Shown: one piece after another, positions 13,975 through 27,019 of the stretch
Position numbering within the stretch: position 1 is the first letter of the stretch
How the letters are laid out: the number at the start of each line of letters is the position of its first letter
Source: Octopus vulgaris
Taxonomy: Eukaryota
Assembly: GCA_951406725.2 (NCBI GenBank)
Contig: OX597825.1
Span: 65,162,001-65,226,000, forward strand
DNA length: 64,000 nucleotides
Direction of reading: 5' to 3'
Position numbers and translations under genes: made by a program
The notes under the pieces: generated by a model
What the model was told of the DNA's origin: nothing
Databases searched by the model: none
The model's input: the letters and a program-made list of their open reading frames with translations, nothing else

Positions 13975-15520
13975 ATATATGTAGATTGATATGCCCCAGA
14001 GTAAGTTCGTTGAATATATCTGTGATGCCTCTCGTCTATTCTACTGGCATTTTGCAACGCCAATTCTGTCGTTTCTGTATATATTAACCTTCTTGGATTA
14101 GTAGTCAAAGAAAATATTGCTAAGTGTTTCTCCTCCATCTCATCATATTCGGCACGTAATACAGTCTGCATCGTTACATTCTTTTGGCGATTTATGATAG
14201 ACAAGCTTCCATAAACTGTTGCAATCAAAAAAGCTGCTCGCACTCAACATTGTGTCCTGCAGTTTTACAGCTATTACGGTGATTTCTTCGTCTACTTCAA
14301 TAAATGATCTTTATCCTCAAGTATTTGCCATATAAGGGCTTCCCTACTCATCGTTTCACTCTGTAGCTCCATTTTAGCTTAGTCTTTAGATTTTTCCGGA
14401 ATTTCTTCTCTTACTTAGCCTCTATTCTTCTCGTGACCATTTGACATTTCATCCTCTCTTGTATACTTGTTGGCTCCTATGGAGACAGAAGACAAGCTTT
14501 TTTTTTTTACTTGTTTTTATCTATATTGTATAATTATTTATACAAGATACTAGTTATTCTTTGTTAGATATTTATGTTAGATATTTATACAAAAAAAAAA
14601 AAATTCCTATGGTTTTTGAAAGCCATTTGTGATAAAAACAATTTTTCTCTTCTAATTTGTGTATGTTGCATTCGAAATACAGGTCATTGTGTTTCATTGT
14701 TTCCCGTCTACTTTCCTTAATTGATTTAGCTTCTAGTTAGGAATATTATAATTATAACTAATTACTGGAATGGCCATACTATTGATGTTTATCATCTGAC
14801 TTTACTCTGCAGTTAGTTCTGTTTAAGTATTAATCTGACGCGTCTGCGTTACTTTCTAAACTTTTCTTTCGTTTGCAGCTCATTGATTCCTAATTGCTCG
14901 AGAGTTTGTGTTCTTTTTTTTTTTTTAATCTCGTTTCTTTATCTAGAACGATATTTTTCTTATTAATTACTTTTCTTCTCTTGAAGTGTGCCTTACAGCA
15001 TATCTATTTTTTTTCCTAATTTAAGTTTGATAACAAATCTAAAAATAAATCCGTGTATAATCTATAACGATACTTGTAGTTTTATTTTTTATCCCCGGAC
15101 TGTTATTATCATCGTATTTTCAAGTGTTTTATTGGAGTCTCTAACGCGTTTCCGTATTGTGTAGTGCCGTGATGCGTGTAGTATGGTATTGTTATGGCAC
15201 ATATATGCCTTAGTTGTAGCATTTTTGTTGTTTTAATATCCTTTTATTATTTCATCAGTTGGGTAAATAGAGTATGGGCTGTTCTATATTGTTAGGTCGT
15301 TTTGTTTTAAGTATTTCATATATGATGTGGGATTGGTGCAAAGTATTTTGATAATAGAAGTTCTGTTGCGTAGAATATCTATTGCTTTGGGTCGTATTCT
15401 GTTACCCGGTGAATATTGAGATAAAAGTGATCTGTGTGGCTTATTGGTATCATAACATCGATTAGAGATTTCGCATAAGTATTGTGTAGAATATGCATTC
15501 TGTGATATGTGATGCCGTGA
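13975..15520 (-). mobile_element. Heavily decayed Penelope-like retroelement (RT C-terminus plus GIY-YIG endonuclease remnant)
   Basis: Broken minus-strand motifs: SIGA (YIG-like, about 14475), ATE...IWQ..DK (14300-14380), CRL then EEKHLAIFSLTTNPRRLI..TTEL (14060-14175). These resemble the Penelope endonuclease C-terminus. Many stops and frameshifts. Confidence 0.45.
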
Positions 15521-16168
15521 TCATAATATCGAGGAATTGGTTTTCGGACAAATCAGCGTACTGTGTTCTTGAGAAAAAATTCCCTTTACGCCACATCTGC
15601 CAATCCAGTTATGTGTACCAAGCGGATGCAGCTAAATAGACTTCTCTCTCTCTCTCTCTCTTTCCCTTTCACAATTCCGCTCTTCCATTCTGGATCTGCC
15701 ACTTCGTCATGTGTTAGGTAGCCGAGAGATTACCTATGTGTACTTCAAAACATTATCACATGAAACAGGTGAAATATAGTACGTGTTACCAAACCACATT
15801 TGCTCACAAGTAATGACTGATTGTACTCAGTCCACAACGGCCATAATGCCTCCGTTCATTGCGCATGAAAACGGTCAACTTAAATTACTCCGCATTTGAG
15901 AAAACAGCACAATACACCTATTAGAATTCAAATCTATATACACTCGCTGCAGTTTAAATAAATTATTTACGCCCTGAATGTGTCAACGAAAAAATGTCTT
16001 TTGACTACAGCAAACCAAAACCTCGATTCAGACCTAAGCATAACGCATATGGTCAGCATAGCCGCGCCTGTGTCCCATTGCACTAGTAAATTGTAGCTAA
16101 CCAGATTTTCTAGACAGCTGGCCTGAGCTAGCAAGTCATAAGTTCTTTCAACATCAATATATACTTAC

Positions 16169-16292
16169 CTCTGCTCACGGAGTCTGAAAAATCTTTAAAT
16201 ATTTTTGCATACTTTTGCACCTGTGCTAAGACATGTTTATATAAATTCTTTATATCTTCCGTGGTTATCATTTTCGATGAGTTACTGATGTG
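16169..16292 (-). CDS. Candidate antisense exon: HISNSSKMITTEDIKNLYKHVLAQVQKYAKIFKDFSDSVSR
   Basis: Minus-strand acceptor ttttgccatctatctctcag|, consensus donor gag|gtaagt, open frame. It may be non-coding. Confidence 0.35.
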
Positions 16293-17446
16293 CTGAGAGA
16301 TAGATGGCAAAACAAAAGCGAAGATATTTCAAAACATAATATCTTTATAAATATCATCTTCAAAATATTCATTCTTCTTCTTTTGTGCAAATTACAAGTA
16401 GAATATTTCACGTTTTTACACTACATTAATACACCACACCCGTACAAGTGGAATACCACACGTTTTTATACCACATTAATACACCACACCCTTGATACTG
16501 ACATTTATTTACATATATATAATTTTCATGTAGCAGCTGTTTCACCATTGTTCTTTCAACAAAAGAAAGGTACAAGAAATTCCATTAAGTATAGATGAAT
16601 ATCTCACCATCTTGTGCATAACATAGATTTTCAGTTGACGGTTTTGGTGAGAGTATCAGACATTTGCAGATTCCCTCAGCTATCATCACAACCAGCAAAC
16701 CCATTTCACACCATCATACTGATATCATCGCGAAGACCACCCTTATTATATAACTACCGAATTCTACCAGATAAGAACGAAGCAACAAAAGACTTGATAT
16801 CTGATTTCTTGATGTGCTGAAATTATCGGCTACATCTTTCTTGTATGGCTCCGTATTGTCTAAAACCACGAGAACACGTGGGATAATATAATTATTGATA
16901 TACTGTTCTTGAAAAAAAATAACAACTCATGATTGTCATCGATGAAGTATCTTTGAACTTAGTTCTGTTCGATCAGAGCTGATACATGGATACAAAATAA
17001 CAACAAAAAAAACCAAAACCGTAAGTTGAATTTTAAGTTTGAGAGATTATATGTTGCTGTATCTATTATATCAAAATATCGTATAGAAAATATGCTGCTG
17101 GTTCGATTTTGCAAGTAGGAACAAACGCTGACAATCCATTGAGTAAATTGAAAAAAATAGAGTTTGCTAAGATGAAATGATAAACGATTGATACAAACTT
17201 ATAATCCAGTAGTTGAGAAAGAAATCACCATTTGACAAACAACGGCCATTCCATTTCTCTCTCTTTCCTTTATCTCTCTCATTTTATTCCCTTCGTGTTT
17301 ATGTCTTCATGCTATATCTTCTCATGCACGACTATATGGATATTTTTGTATTTGTAAATAAGTATATTTAAAGATGTGCGCGTGTGGGTGTCTGTATGTG
17401 AGCGTGAGAGAGAGTGTTTGTGTGCGCCTGTAGATATATAAAAACA

Positions 17447-18040
17447 ACCGACGAGCTAGCAGAAACGTTAGCACGCCGAGAGAAATGCTTAGCGGTATTT
17501 CGTCTGCCGCTACGTTCTGAGTTCAAATTCCGCCGCGGTCAATTTTGCCTTTCATCCTTTCGGGTTCGATAAATTAAGTACCAGTTATCACTGGGGTTGA
17601 TATAATCCACTTAATCCCTTTGTCCTTGTTTGTCCCCTCTGTGTTTAGCCCCTTGTAGGTAGTAAAGAAATAGATATTTCGTCTGCCACTACGTTCTGAG
17701 TTCAAATTCCACCGAGGTCGACTTTGCCTTTCATCCTTTCGGGGTCGATTAAATAAGTACCAGTTACGCACTGAGGTCGATATAGATGACTTAATCCCTT
17801 TGTTTGTCTTTATTTGTTCCCTCTGTGCTTATCCCCTTGTGGGTAGTAAATAAATAGGAATTTCGTCTGCCGTTACGTTCTGAGCTCAAATTCCGCCGAG
17901 GTCGACTTTGCCTTTTATCCTTTTGGGGTCGACATATTAAGTACCAGTTACGCACTGAGATCGATGTAATCGACTTAATCCCTTTGTCTGTCTTTGTTTG
18001 TCCCCTCTATGTTTAGCCCCTTGTGGGCAATAAAGAAATA
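17447..18040 (+). mobile_element. Head-to-tail trimer of tRNA-derived SINE type C with one 14-bp TSD
   Basis: Unit 1 17447-17672 is full length; units 2 (17673-17856) and 3 (17857-18040) are 5'-truncated at the same base. TSD agata(t/c)ataaaaac at 17432-17445 and 18041-18054. Confidence 0.92.
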
Positions 18041-18296
18041 AGATACATAAAAACTAGCAAAAACATGCATACACAGTAATTATAGAAAATAGGCGTTCAG
18101 ATGAGCGGCCGAGTAACCTCCTTAGCTGTGCACAAAGACACGGTATATCAACCCATTATCAATAAAACAATATCGAAGAGATCAATATTCATAAATAACT
18201 GATTTTTGGTGGAATACAGAATAATCTTAAAACAGAACATTGTTCACGCACCGGTAATTCATTAACTAAACTTGCAGGCTATATAGAAAAATAAAC

Positions 18297-18392
18297 AGAC
18301 AGACGGACGGACGGACGGACGGGCCGACAGACAGACAAACAGGCAGGTAGGTAGGCAGGCAGGTAGGCAGGCATGTAGGCAGGCAGACAGAC

Positions 18393-18490
<98 letters not shown>

Positions 18491-18553
18491 TTGAATAGAT
18501 AGATTGATAGATACATAGATAGATAGATAGATAGATAGTTGAATAGATAGCTT

Positions 18554-18611
<58 letters not shown>

Positions 18612-18644
18612 TGAATAGATAGATAGTTGAATAGATAGATAGAT

Positions 18645-18675
<31 letters not shown>

Positions 18676-18730
18676 CATACATACATACATACATACATAC
18701 ATACTTACATACATACATACATACATACAT
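18297..18730. repeat. Compound tetranucleotide array (GACA/GACG/GGCA/GATA/CATA)n
   Basis: Directly visible; it is the source of the LSIY ORFs. Confidence 0.97.
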
Positions 18731-19195
18731 AGATGTGTGGATAGAGAAACAGAAAGACAAACAAATAGAAAGTGAGAGGAGAGTGTAGGAGAGAGGAGGG
18801 GAGATTTTAAGTATGGCAACGAATATATTGACACAACTTTTAATAGAATATGAAGTTTAAGAAATGCCGACAGCATAGATAGTATTCAACTATGTATCTC
18901 CTTCAACGAACGTGACTATTCCTTAAAAATCACCATTGTTAAAACTCAGCAAGGTCTTTGATCATATAATCATACCAAAAATTATAGATTTTTTTTTTTT
19001 TACTGATCTCGGAAAAATTTGCATTGCGAATACAATTTACATGTTCTCGTCATAAACATATTCGTTAAGTTAGTGTTAACACCTTCACTACAGGCAGATG
19101 TAAAATGTTAACTACATATAATTATGTAGCGAGGGTGAGGAATAAAAATAAAATACTAGTCGTTAACTAAAGCTTTGGGGGTGTTATTTCTTCTT

Positions 19196-19284
<89 letters not shown>

Positions 19285-19302
19285 CATTATTATTATTATT
19301 TA

Positions 19303-19512
19303 GGTGAGTTTGAAGAATCGTTAGCATGCCGGGCGAAATGCTTAGCGGTGTTACGTCTGCTGCTACGTTCTGAGTTCAAATTCCATCGAGGTAGACTTTG
19401 CCTTTCATCCTTTCGGGGTCGATAAATGAAGTACCAGTGAACAACTTGGATCGATATAATCGACTAGTCACCTTCCCCAAATCTCAGTCATTGTACCTTC
19501 AATATAAAGGAC
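19303..19512 (+). mobile_element. SINE type C, older subfamily with alternative tail, beside (TTC)n(TTA)n
   Basis: gttagcatgccgggcgaaatgcttagcgg...gcctttcatcctttcggggtcgataaat matches 17465-17575; the 3' end differs. Confidence 0.85.
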
Positions 19513-19526
19513 TATTATTATTATTA

Positions 19527-20101
19527 TTGAGTGAGAGAGCAGTGCATGCCATCAAAGTGATACTGAGGTAAAATATACGAAGCCCAGTATACCCATCATG
19601 ACTACCCGTCTGATATGTGTACATCAGGCACATGCATCATACTTATATGTGCGCGACATGGTGATCAAATATCAAAATAAACAGCGCATGACCTTGCAGG
19701 TGGGGCCCAATTAGAATTTTCTTCTGGTCGAGTAGCCCATCCCGTTCAGACGGTCCCTGAATAAGGATTGTTTAAAGATGTTGAACGAACCATCCATGTT
19801 TCCAGAGGTGAATTATCCAAATCTCCAAGAATTCCTTTTAACACACGGCTATGATGCTTCCCCACTACTTCTGCTCGTGATCAGAGATGCACATATCATC
19901 AGCTACTAAGGGAAATCCTCAACCGGTTAAGGTCAAACAACTGACAAGCAAATCTGTGGTATTGAGCAGATTATTTGCTGTAGCTCATCTTTTATACCAA
20001 GACAAAACAATGTACATGATGACACTTCAAATCAGTTAAGATCAGAAGCCATGAGAGTCACTGTCTGGTGAGTCACTGTCGGATACTGCATCAGGGCATT
20101 T
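19527..20101 (-). mobile_element. About 570-bp non-coding interspersed element inserted in (TTA)n; orientation inferred
   Basis: Sharp-edged, GC-richer complex block with (tta)n on both sides and no ORF. It resembles a recurrent octopus repeat (from recall). Confidence 0.6.
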
Positions 20102-20489
20102 ATTTATTTATTTATTATTATTATTATTATTATGATTATTACGTTTAATTCTTTTTTGTTTCCTTTTTCGAAGGCAGCGAAGTGGTAGCTTCATTATACT
20201 GTCAGATAACATCGCGGAATTCGTTATCGTACTCGATGCTCTATGTTCAAATCTCTTCCATCTTTTCTTAGTCAATAAAAGAGTAACAAACTAAAGCAGT
20301 GGATAAGTGGTAGTGCAATGTCGTGGATACTTTGCGATATTCCTTCCAGCTTTTAACGATCTGAGTTCAAATCCCATCGGGAACTATTTGGGTCGTTGAC
20401 TTAAACTGTCGGAAGTTTCAACACTGCCACCTGGTGCCTTAGATAGATTTAGCAGAGTTTACTCCATTGAAAGTACCCTGATTAAGTCT

Positions 20490-20820
20490 TCAATTTATGG
20501 ATACCTTCCTTACCATTACCACCAGTTTTGGGGACTCTGTGGAGAGCTCTATGTACTGCCGTCTCAGTCCCCTAAAGCTTAAAATGGCTCCGCATATTTG
20601 AATCTTAATATACTTCCTAACCGAAGCGAATACATTTTCCAAAACATTATACTGTCAACAAATAATACAAAATTGGGTGAATTGGATTACTCTTACCTAC
20701 ATACAAAACTCTTTCTAGTACTTATACTGCAGAACTCTTTTTTGCAATTCGATACTTTAATAGCATCTGCTTCCCGTAATATACCTATACACCTTCACAA
20801 TAGGAACTATTGAGCGTCCA
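20490..20820 (-). mobile_element. Decayed RTE-like LINE reverse-transcriptase fragment
   Basis: Minus-strand remnants IVPIVK, Y.SIEL..RVL, GAI...LRRQY resemble the RT domain 1-2 region; frameshifted. Confidence 0.5.
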
Positions 20821-20883
20821 AGAATCGTAGTATTTTTACACCTTGGAGGTCTTAAACTTTAGAATTGATATTTTGAAATTGGA

Positions 20884-21182
20884 CAGAATATATGATCAAA
20901 TGAATTCCAAACGAGACCATCCCGTCTGTATTTTTTGTTAATAAAGTATGAGGCAATATCATATGAGGCAATATTATTGATTGTATTGTCCCTTTTCAGT
21001 TTGAAGTGTAATTTGTGAGAGCGTTCTCCCGTCTCGGGATCTTTCTTTCTCCTATGTTTCCGACGAAGAGCTCCGCTCGAAACGTCAAATCCTCCTTCTT
21101 CCCTTCATTCCTGAGCGTCCAATAATACTTTATTTGTTCCACATCCTTGCGTTGTTGTCTTTTTGTTTTCTTGTTTGGATTA

Positions 21183-21253
<71 letters not shown>

Positions 21254-21439
21254 TCACAATATTATTTATGATGTATTGTCTAAGAAAAAATTTGATTGAG
21301 CAGAATATATGATCAAATGAATTCCAAACGAGACCATCCCGTCTGTATTTTTTGTTAATAAAGTATGAGGCAATATCATATGAGGCAATATTATTGATTG
21401 TATTGTCCCTTTTCAGTTTGAAGTGTAATTTGTGAGAGC
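20884..21439. repeat. 139-bp perfect direct repeat (20884-21022 and 21301-21439) around a pLTR-like insert plus (TA)n
   Basis: Both copies read cagaatatatgatcaaatgaattcc...aatttgtgagagc identically. Confidence 0.93.
21056..21090 (+). ncRNA. Hammerhead-like motif with a core substitution
   Basis: gttt-CCGACGA-a-gagc-tcc-gctc-GAAA-c-GTC-aaat. The CUGA box reads CCGA; stem II gagc/gctc; stem I gttt/aaat. Confidence 0.55.
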
Positions 21440-22907
21440 ATTGGCGCTTAATTTTACTCGCAAAATTCCCACCTGATGTTTCCCTTCAAATGTCACTTGC
21501 TAGACTTTCTGCTCAGTCCACAGTGTAATAACACAAGGGGAAATATTATAAACGTCTTAGTTTGGTGCTTTATCATGTGTGGTATCTCAGCAGTGCACCC
21601 CACTTGAAGATACAGAATAGGCTTTAATTCTGTTTTAGATTTGATATTTTGACAACATTTAAAAGATAATATATATTTATATATATATATATATATACAG
21701 ACATATATGTATCTATGTGTATCAGCTATGGGTTATCAAGAGTTAAAGGAATGAACGTCAAATGAAAAGTACAGAAAGCTGAAACCTAAACCAGCTCATT
21801 GATTCTGCTAAAGGAAGATTATCTCAACTGTAAAATATTTGCTATGAATTGAAGTATTTTATATTTCTTTTACAGCTGTTTACATCAAACCTTTCTCTTT
21901 ATTTAACCAGTAGATCTTCTGCGTCTCTGTATTCGATTCTATATTTAAAACGCCATAGCTTATACTTTCATTCACTGCAATATGTAGATAAGGTTTACAG
22001 CCAAAATGTCACAAGTTCTGTATCATAACCTCGTTGATTTACATTGATGTCGCCCACGTCAAAATCATCTAGGCTTTAATATAATGTACGTTACAATAAG
22101 ATATCTGTTCGCATGCCAAATTCAACTGACTTTTATCCACATACTTTTCATTGACATCCCTCTATCTTTTGTTCAAAGCCACTATTTCATTCAGAGGTTA
22201 ACTATATTGAACATATAGTTTATCTTTTATTCTGGTATCTATCAAATTTCAGATTGACGGATCCTTGTTTGGCTTAGTCATATAATACACAATCAAAATT
22301 ATAATACTCCTTCCAATAATATCAAGAATGACCTCATTTTCGTATCCAAATTATCAGTTATCTGCTAAAGTATTCATGTTTATCACACCATGTTTTGCAA
22401 TTATATCAACTACAACTATTAGCAATCACTAATATATCCCATTATCAATTCTGACAATGCATAGCCGAAGGTTGATATTCCAAAACCTTTCATACATTCT
22501 ATAGAAACATACACTATAATCCCTTATATTATCTCAAATTACGAAAACTATCCATCAAGAAGTATACTCATATCATATTGAATGTTGAATTGTCAGAGAC
22601 AATAAAACTAACGGACAACTGGTATTATAGATAATTGACTTCGTCTTTACTACTTCCGATCTCCCATTGCAGTTGTGCTTGAAGCTTCATTTCGGCCTTG
22701 TTGACGTACATAAGATGAGATCTAATAAATATTTTACTTGGGCCCATTCGAGCAATCTAACCGCATAAAACAAATTCCTGCAACTGAAGGAAGGCATATA
22801 TATATTCTTTACTTTCTTTCTTTCGCCCAATCCCTTTCTCTTCCTACTCTCTTAATATAAATAAGTATATGTATGTATATGTGTGTGTTGGTGTATGTAT
22901 ACACACA

Positions 22908-22955
<48 letters not shown>

Positions 22956-23072
22956 TAAAAAATGGAGTTAACGCAGGTGTAAACAAATATTTTTACTTTC
23001 GACACATGTTTCGAAAATTCCACTGATACTATTCAAAAGAATAAATGGTATAAATGGTAGAGAGCCATCTAT

Positions 23073-23151
23073 GCATTGCCTGGTTCAGGAATCGAAACCA
23101 CTATCTTACGATTATTAGTGCAACACTGTAACCACTAAGCCACGCACTTCC
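23073..23151 (-). mobile_element. tRNA-like SINE head fragment (type D-like)
   Basis: Minus strand ggaagtgcgtggcttagtggttacag...ggtttcgattcctg carries A and B boxes. Confidence 0.7.
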
Positions 23152-23699
23152 GTTACACACAAACACATATATACATGTGTGTGTGTGTGCAGAAAGACAA
23201 AGGGAAGTAGGTGACAGAGGAACTACTAATGTTCTTTTTCCTTCTTGGGCCCATTTAAAGATATTTACTTCTTCTGTGCAATAATACTTACGCCTGACGA
23301 AATCCGTACATATATTCTTTACATACAACATTTATATTTGAAGTAATATCCTTCATCACGCTCATAACACGAAGATGGCTCTCTACCATTTAATACAGCA
23401 GCCTCAAATTTCTATCTCCATCATACGAATACTGTTCTCTCGTATACACGCTTCATGTGCATAATACACATTGACATAACTAGATATAATTGCTTTATAT
23501 AATTGGTTATTGGAGATTTAAAACATCGACACTTCATAGAATATTTTACAATAAACATCCATGCGTAACTCAAAATAAAAACTAAATAACTGCATAAATG
23601 TATATATTTCTCTATTCCATTTTGTTATGTTTTTTGACACAAGATACATGCTTCCCTCTCTCAAGTGTTACTCTCTATCAGCTCTCTTTTTTCTTGATA

Positions 23700-24020
23700 T
23701 ATACATACATATACAAACATATATATATATATATGATATATATATATAAATATATATATACATATGCATATATATATATATATATAAATATATATATACA
23801 TATATATATATATGTATATATATAACATATATATAAATATATATATATACATATATATAAATATGTATATATATAACATATATATAAATATATATATATA
23901 TATAAATATATATATACATATATATAAATATGTATATATATAACATATATATAAATATATATATATATATATACATTATATATATATATATGAGTGTGTG
24001 TATATATATATATATATATA
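23700..24020. repeat. TA-derived minisatellite with a higher-order unit (recurring atgtatatatataacatatatataaat)
   Basis: The unit recurs at about 23810, 23863 and 23930. Confidence 0.8.
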
Positions 24021-24312
24021 AACGCACGCACACACGCACACACGCATACATCCCATTTGTTTTGGAATAGTTATGCAGTGAAAATCTGACTAAACATAAA
24101 ATTTCGTACCACGAGCGACGCCTACATAGAAAAATATATTCAAATATTCAATCGCCTACACTCGTATACACACACACACACATACTCACGCCCACGCACA
24201 TAAATTTAGGCAGTCCTCAGTGCGTATAAATTTTGTGTGCGCGTATGTGAGAGAGAGAGAGAGAGAGAGAATATATCACTAATTGTACTTCAAAGTGAGA
24301 CGTTTCTCTCTA

Positions 24313-24526
24313 TTACTCTTTTACTCTTTTACATGTTTCAGTCATTTGACTGTGGCCATGCTGGAGCACCGCCTTTAGTCGAGCAAATCGACCCCGGGAC
24401 TTATTCTTTGTAAGCCCAGTACTTATTCTGTCGGTCACTTTTTGCCGAACCGCTAAGTGACGGGGACGTAAACACACCAGCATCGGTTGTCAAGCAATGC
24501 TAGGGGGGACAAACACAGACACACAA

Positions 24527-24559
<33 letters not shown>

Positions 24560-24723
24560 CGACAGGTTTCTTTCAGTTTCCGTCTACCAAATCCACTCAC
24601 AAGGCATTGGTCGGCCAGGGGCTATAGCAGAAGACACTTGCCCAAGGTGCCACGCAGTGGGACTGAACCCGGAACCATGTGGTTGGTTAGCAAGCTACTT
24701 ACCACACAGCCACTCCTGCGCCT
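24313..24723 (-). mobile_element. Full-length young SINE type A
   Basis: Complete head, internal microsatellite and (tactcttt)n tail. Confidence 0.95.
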
Positions 24724-25977
24724 ATATATATAAGCGTTTAACGATTCTCTAACAAATTCATAGTCCCTATTTTTGAACAACCTGCCCTCACATTGAGCCT
24801 CAGCAGAGGATTTTAAAAAGTTTAACACCCTGCAATTGCAATAGTATGTTATAATACTTCAAATGTGGAGCTGTGGTCCTTGCCTGCTTATTTAATCAAG
24901 AGGATTACAGCTCTCTAGATTTGAACAGTATGAAATAAATGACATGAGGTCACAGGTTTGTCATTTTAATAGTTGGAGGCGAGATCTGTGATGAATGACC
25001 ACGCTGGCCATGTGCTGTTTGGCACAATAAAACGCCAGCGGAACTAATGCGAGTCAGTATAGATTAAACGAATGTACTACGTATATATGCGTGTTTATGT
25101 AATTCAAAATATCTATCTGTCTACCATCTAACTTCTCTTCACACAGACACACAGACACACACAGACACTCTCTCTCTCTCACACACACATACATATATAC
25201 TGTTTGCTGGTAGGTGGATGCGTGAGTGGTGTTAGTCCTTGCATATGCGAGTTTGGCGGTGCGTGTCGTATATTTGTGTGCGTATACATGACTAATGCGC
25301 ACAGGTGTACTTTGTAAATTAAGTTTCAAAGCCAATCTTGTTATGGCGTAACTATAATCGTCGTAGGCAGCCGTAACTATAAAGGTGAAAGGAGGTCTGT
25401 TAGTTCGTATTTGTCAATGTCAGATATTCCTTTAATGATGACTTAGAAAAGGTGTTAATGCTATAAGTATAATCTATGGACTCTTGTATTTCATGCAGTT
25501 TCACTGTTATCCGACGCTCTGCAACTGTTTCGACGCAAATTTCGAACTAATATGTGACTGTTTGATAATTTCTACTAATGCAGGATATCCTACTTTCCTC
25601 ACAGGAGATTATTATCTTCTATCTTTTATCTTTGGCGTGTTTCAGTCATTGTACAGGAGCCTGCTGCAGCACCGCCTTGTAAATTTAACAAATTCACCCC
25701 TAATCAACTTTTCGAAAAACACTTCAATGAATGCGATCTTCTCTATCCTTATTCTAGCCTTTAAACGTTCATACGACCTAAACAATTCACGCTGTTCTCC
25801 GAATCAAGCCGTATTTTTAAAAAGCTGTTAAATATATACTACATGTTGAGTGATATCACTAGGATTTAAAGGACACGAAATTAATTTCAATAACAAAACC
25901 AGCCACAGCAAAAATACCAGTTACATATGCGTCATTAATAATAATATTAATAATAATAATGATAATAATAATAATAA

Positions 25978-26010
25978 CTAGCTGGACCCGTGAAAAATTC
26001 ACGGAAAACA
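25978..26010 (-). mobile_element. Helitron 3' terminus remnant
   Basis: Minus strand: hairpin ccgtgaa-ttt-ttcacgg followed a few nt later by CTAG|T. Confidence 0.55.
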
Positions 26011-26059
26011 TTAAAAAAGCATCTGTAAACAGTGTACTGGTGCCATGAGAAATGTTTGT

Positions 26060-26162
26060 ATATTATGACCGTCTGTCTTTATGTTCTGAGTTCAAATTCT
26101 GCCGAGATCGACTTTGCCTTTCGTTCTTTTGTCGTCGATAAATTAAGTATCTGGGGTCGATC

Positions 26163-26165
<3 letters not shown>
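26060..26165 (+). mobile_element. SINE type C fragment
   Basis: cgtctgtctttatgttctgagttcaaattctgccgagatcgactttgcctttc matches the type C copies. Confidence 0.8.
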
Positions 26166-26230
<65 letters not shown>

Positions 26231-26275
26231 CATAGAGAGAGAGATAAATAGGTAGGTAGATAGATAGATAGATAT

Positions 26276-26327
<52 letters not shown>

Positions 26328-26964
26328 TTAGATAGATAGGGACGTGTGTGCCTGTGTTTGTGGGTGTAATTAATTGAAATGTATCGAACCGCCTACCTAC
26401 AAATCCATCGTTTGCGATAGTAACTACGTATTGTACGATAAAGTAGATGTATGTGTCTTCTTATTTGGCTCGTCTATGTGTGATCTGAGAAAAGATTACG
26501 ATAAATAGAAAATGTGTTCCGTAAAACCGGACCATTGAAGTGTACGTAATGTATCTGGTTGTTTCACTTCAATAAGTGTGCCAGTCGTTCACGATAACCC
26601 GCTGAATATCATTAAATTGATATACTTGCTAACATTTCTCTGATAATGCATTTCTGCTCCACCACCATTTAATTTTCCAATAAGCCCAAGATGTCTCCTG
26701 CGCAAACACTTGCAAATGCTTAATTTATGTATTTTCGCTCCCTCTTTCTCCACCCTTATCTCATCACATATTAATCAATAGCGTTGTTCCTTTAATTTGC
26801 TTACATTCGCAATTGATTTTGAATTCATCGATACATCTTCAGCAAAAGGAATTGTTCTTAGAAGGATGTTAGAATGAGGAAGAATCGGTAATATTTTCAA
26901 TACAGTTGTAATCTCTACTCAACGAAGGAAGGACGCAGTTTATTGCTATTCGTTAATACATACC

Positions 26965-27019
<55 letters not shown>

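Noticed and set aside
17447-18040. Regularly spaced repeats suggestive of a CRISPR array
   Set aside because: The whole 184-bp unit repeats with no unique spacers, the context is eukaryotic, and there are no cas genes.
21870-22500. Complex unique sequence with short protein-like minus-strand stretches
   Set aside because: Stops occur in all frames and I recognise no motif or consistent splice pair.
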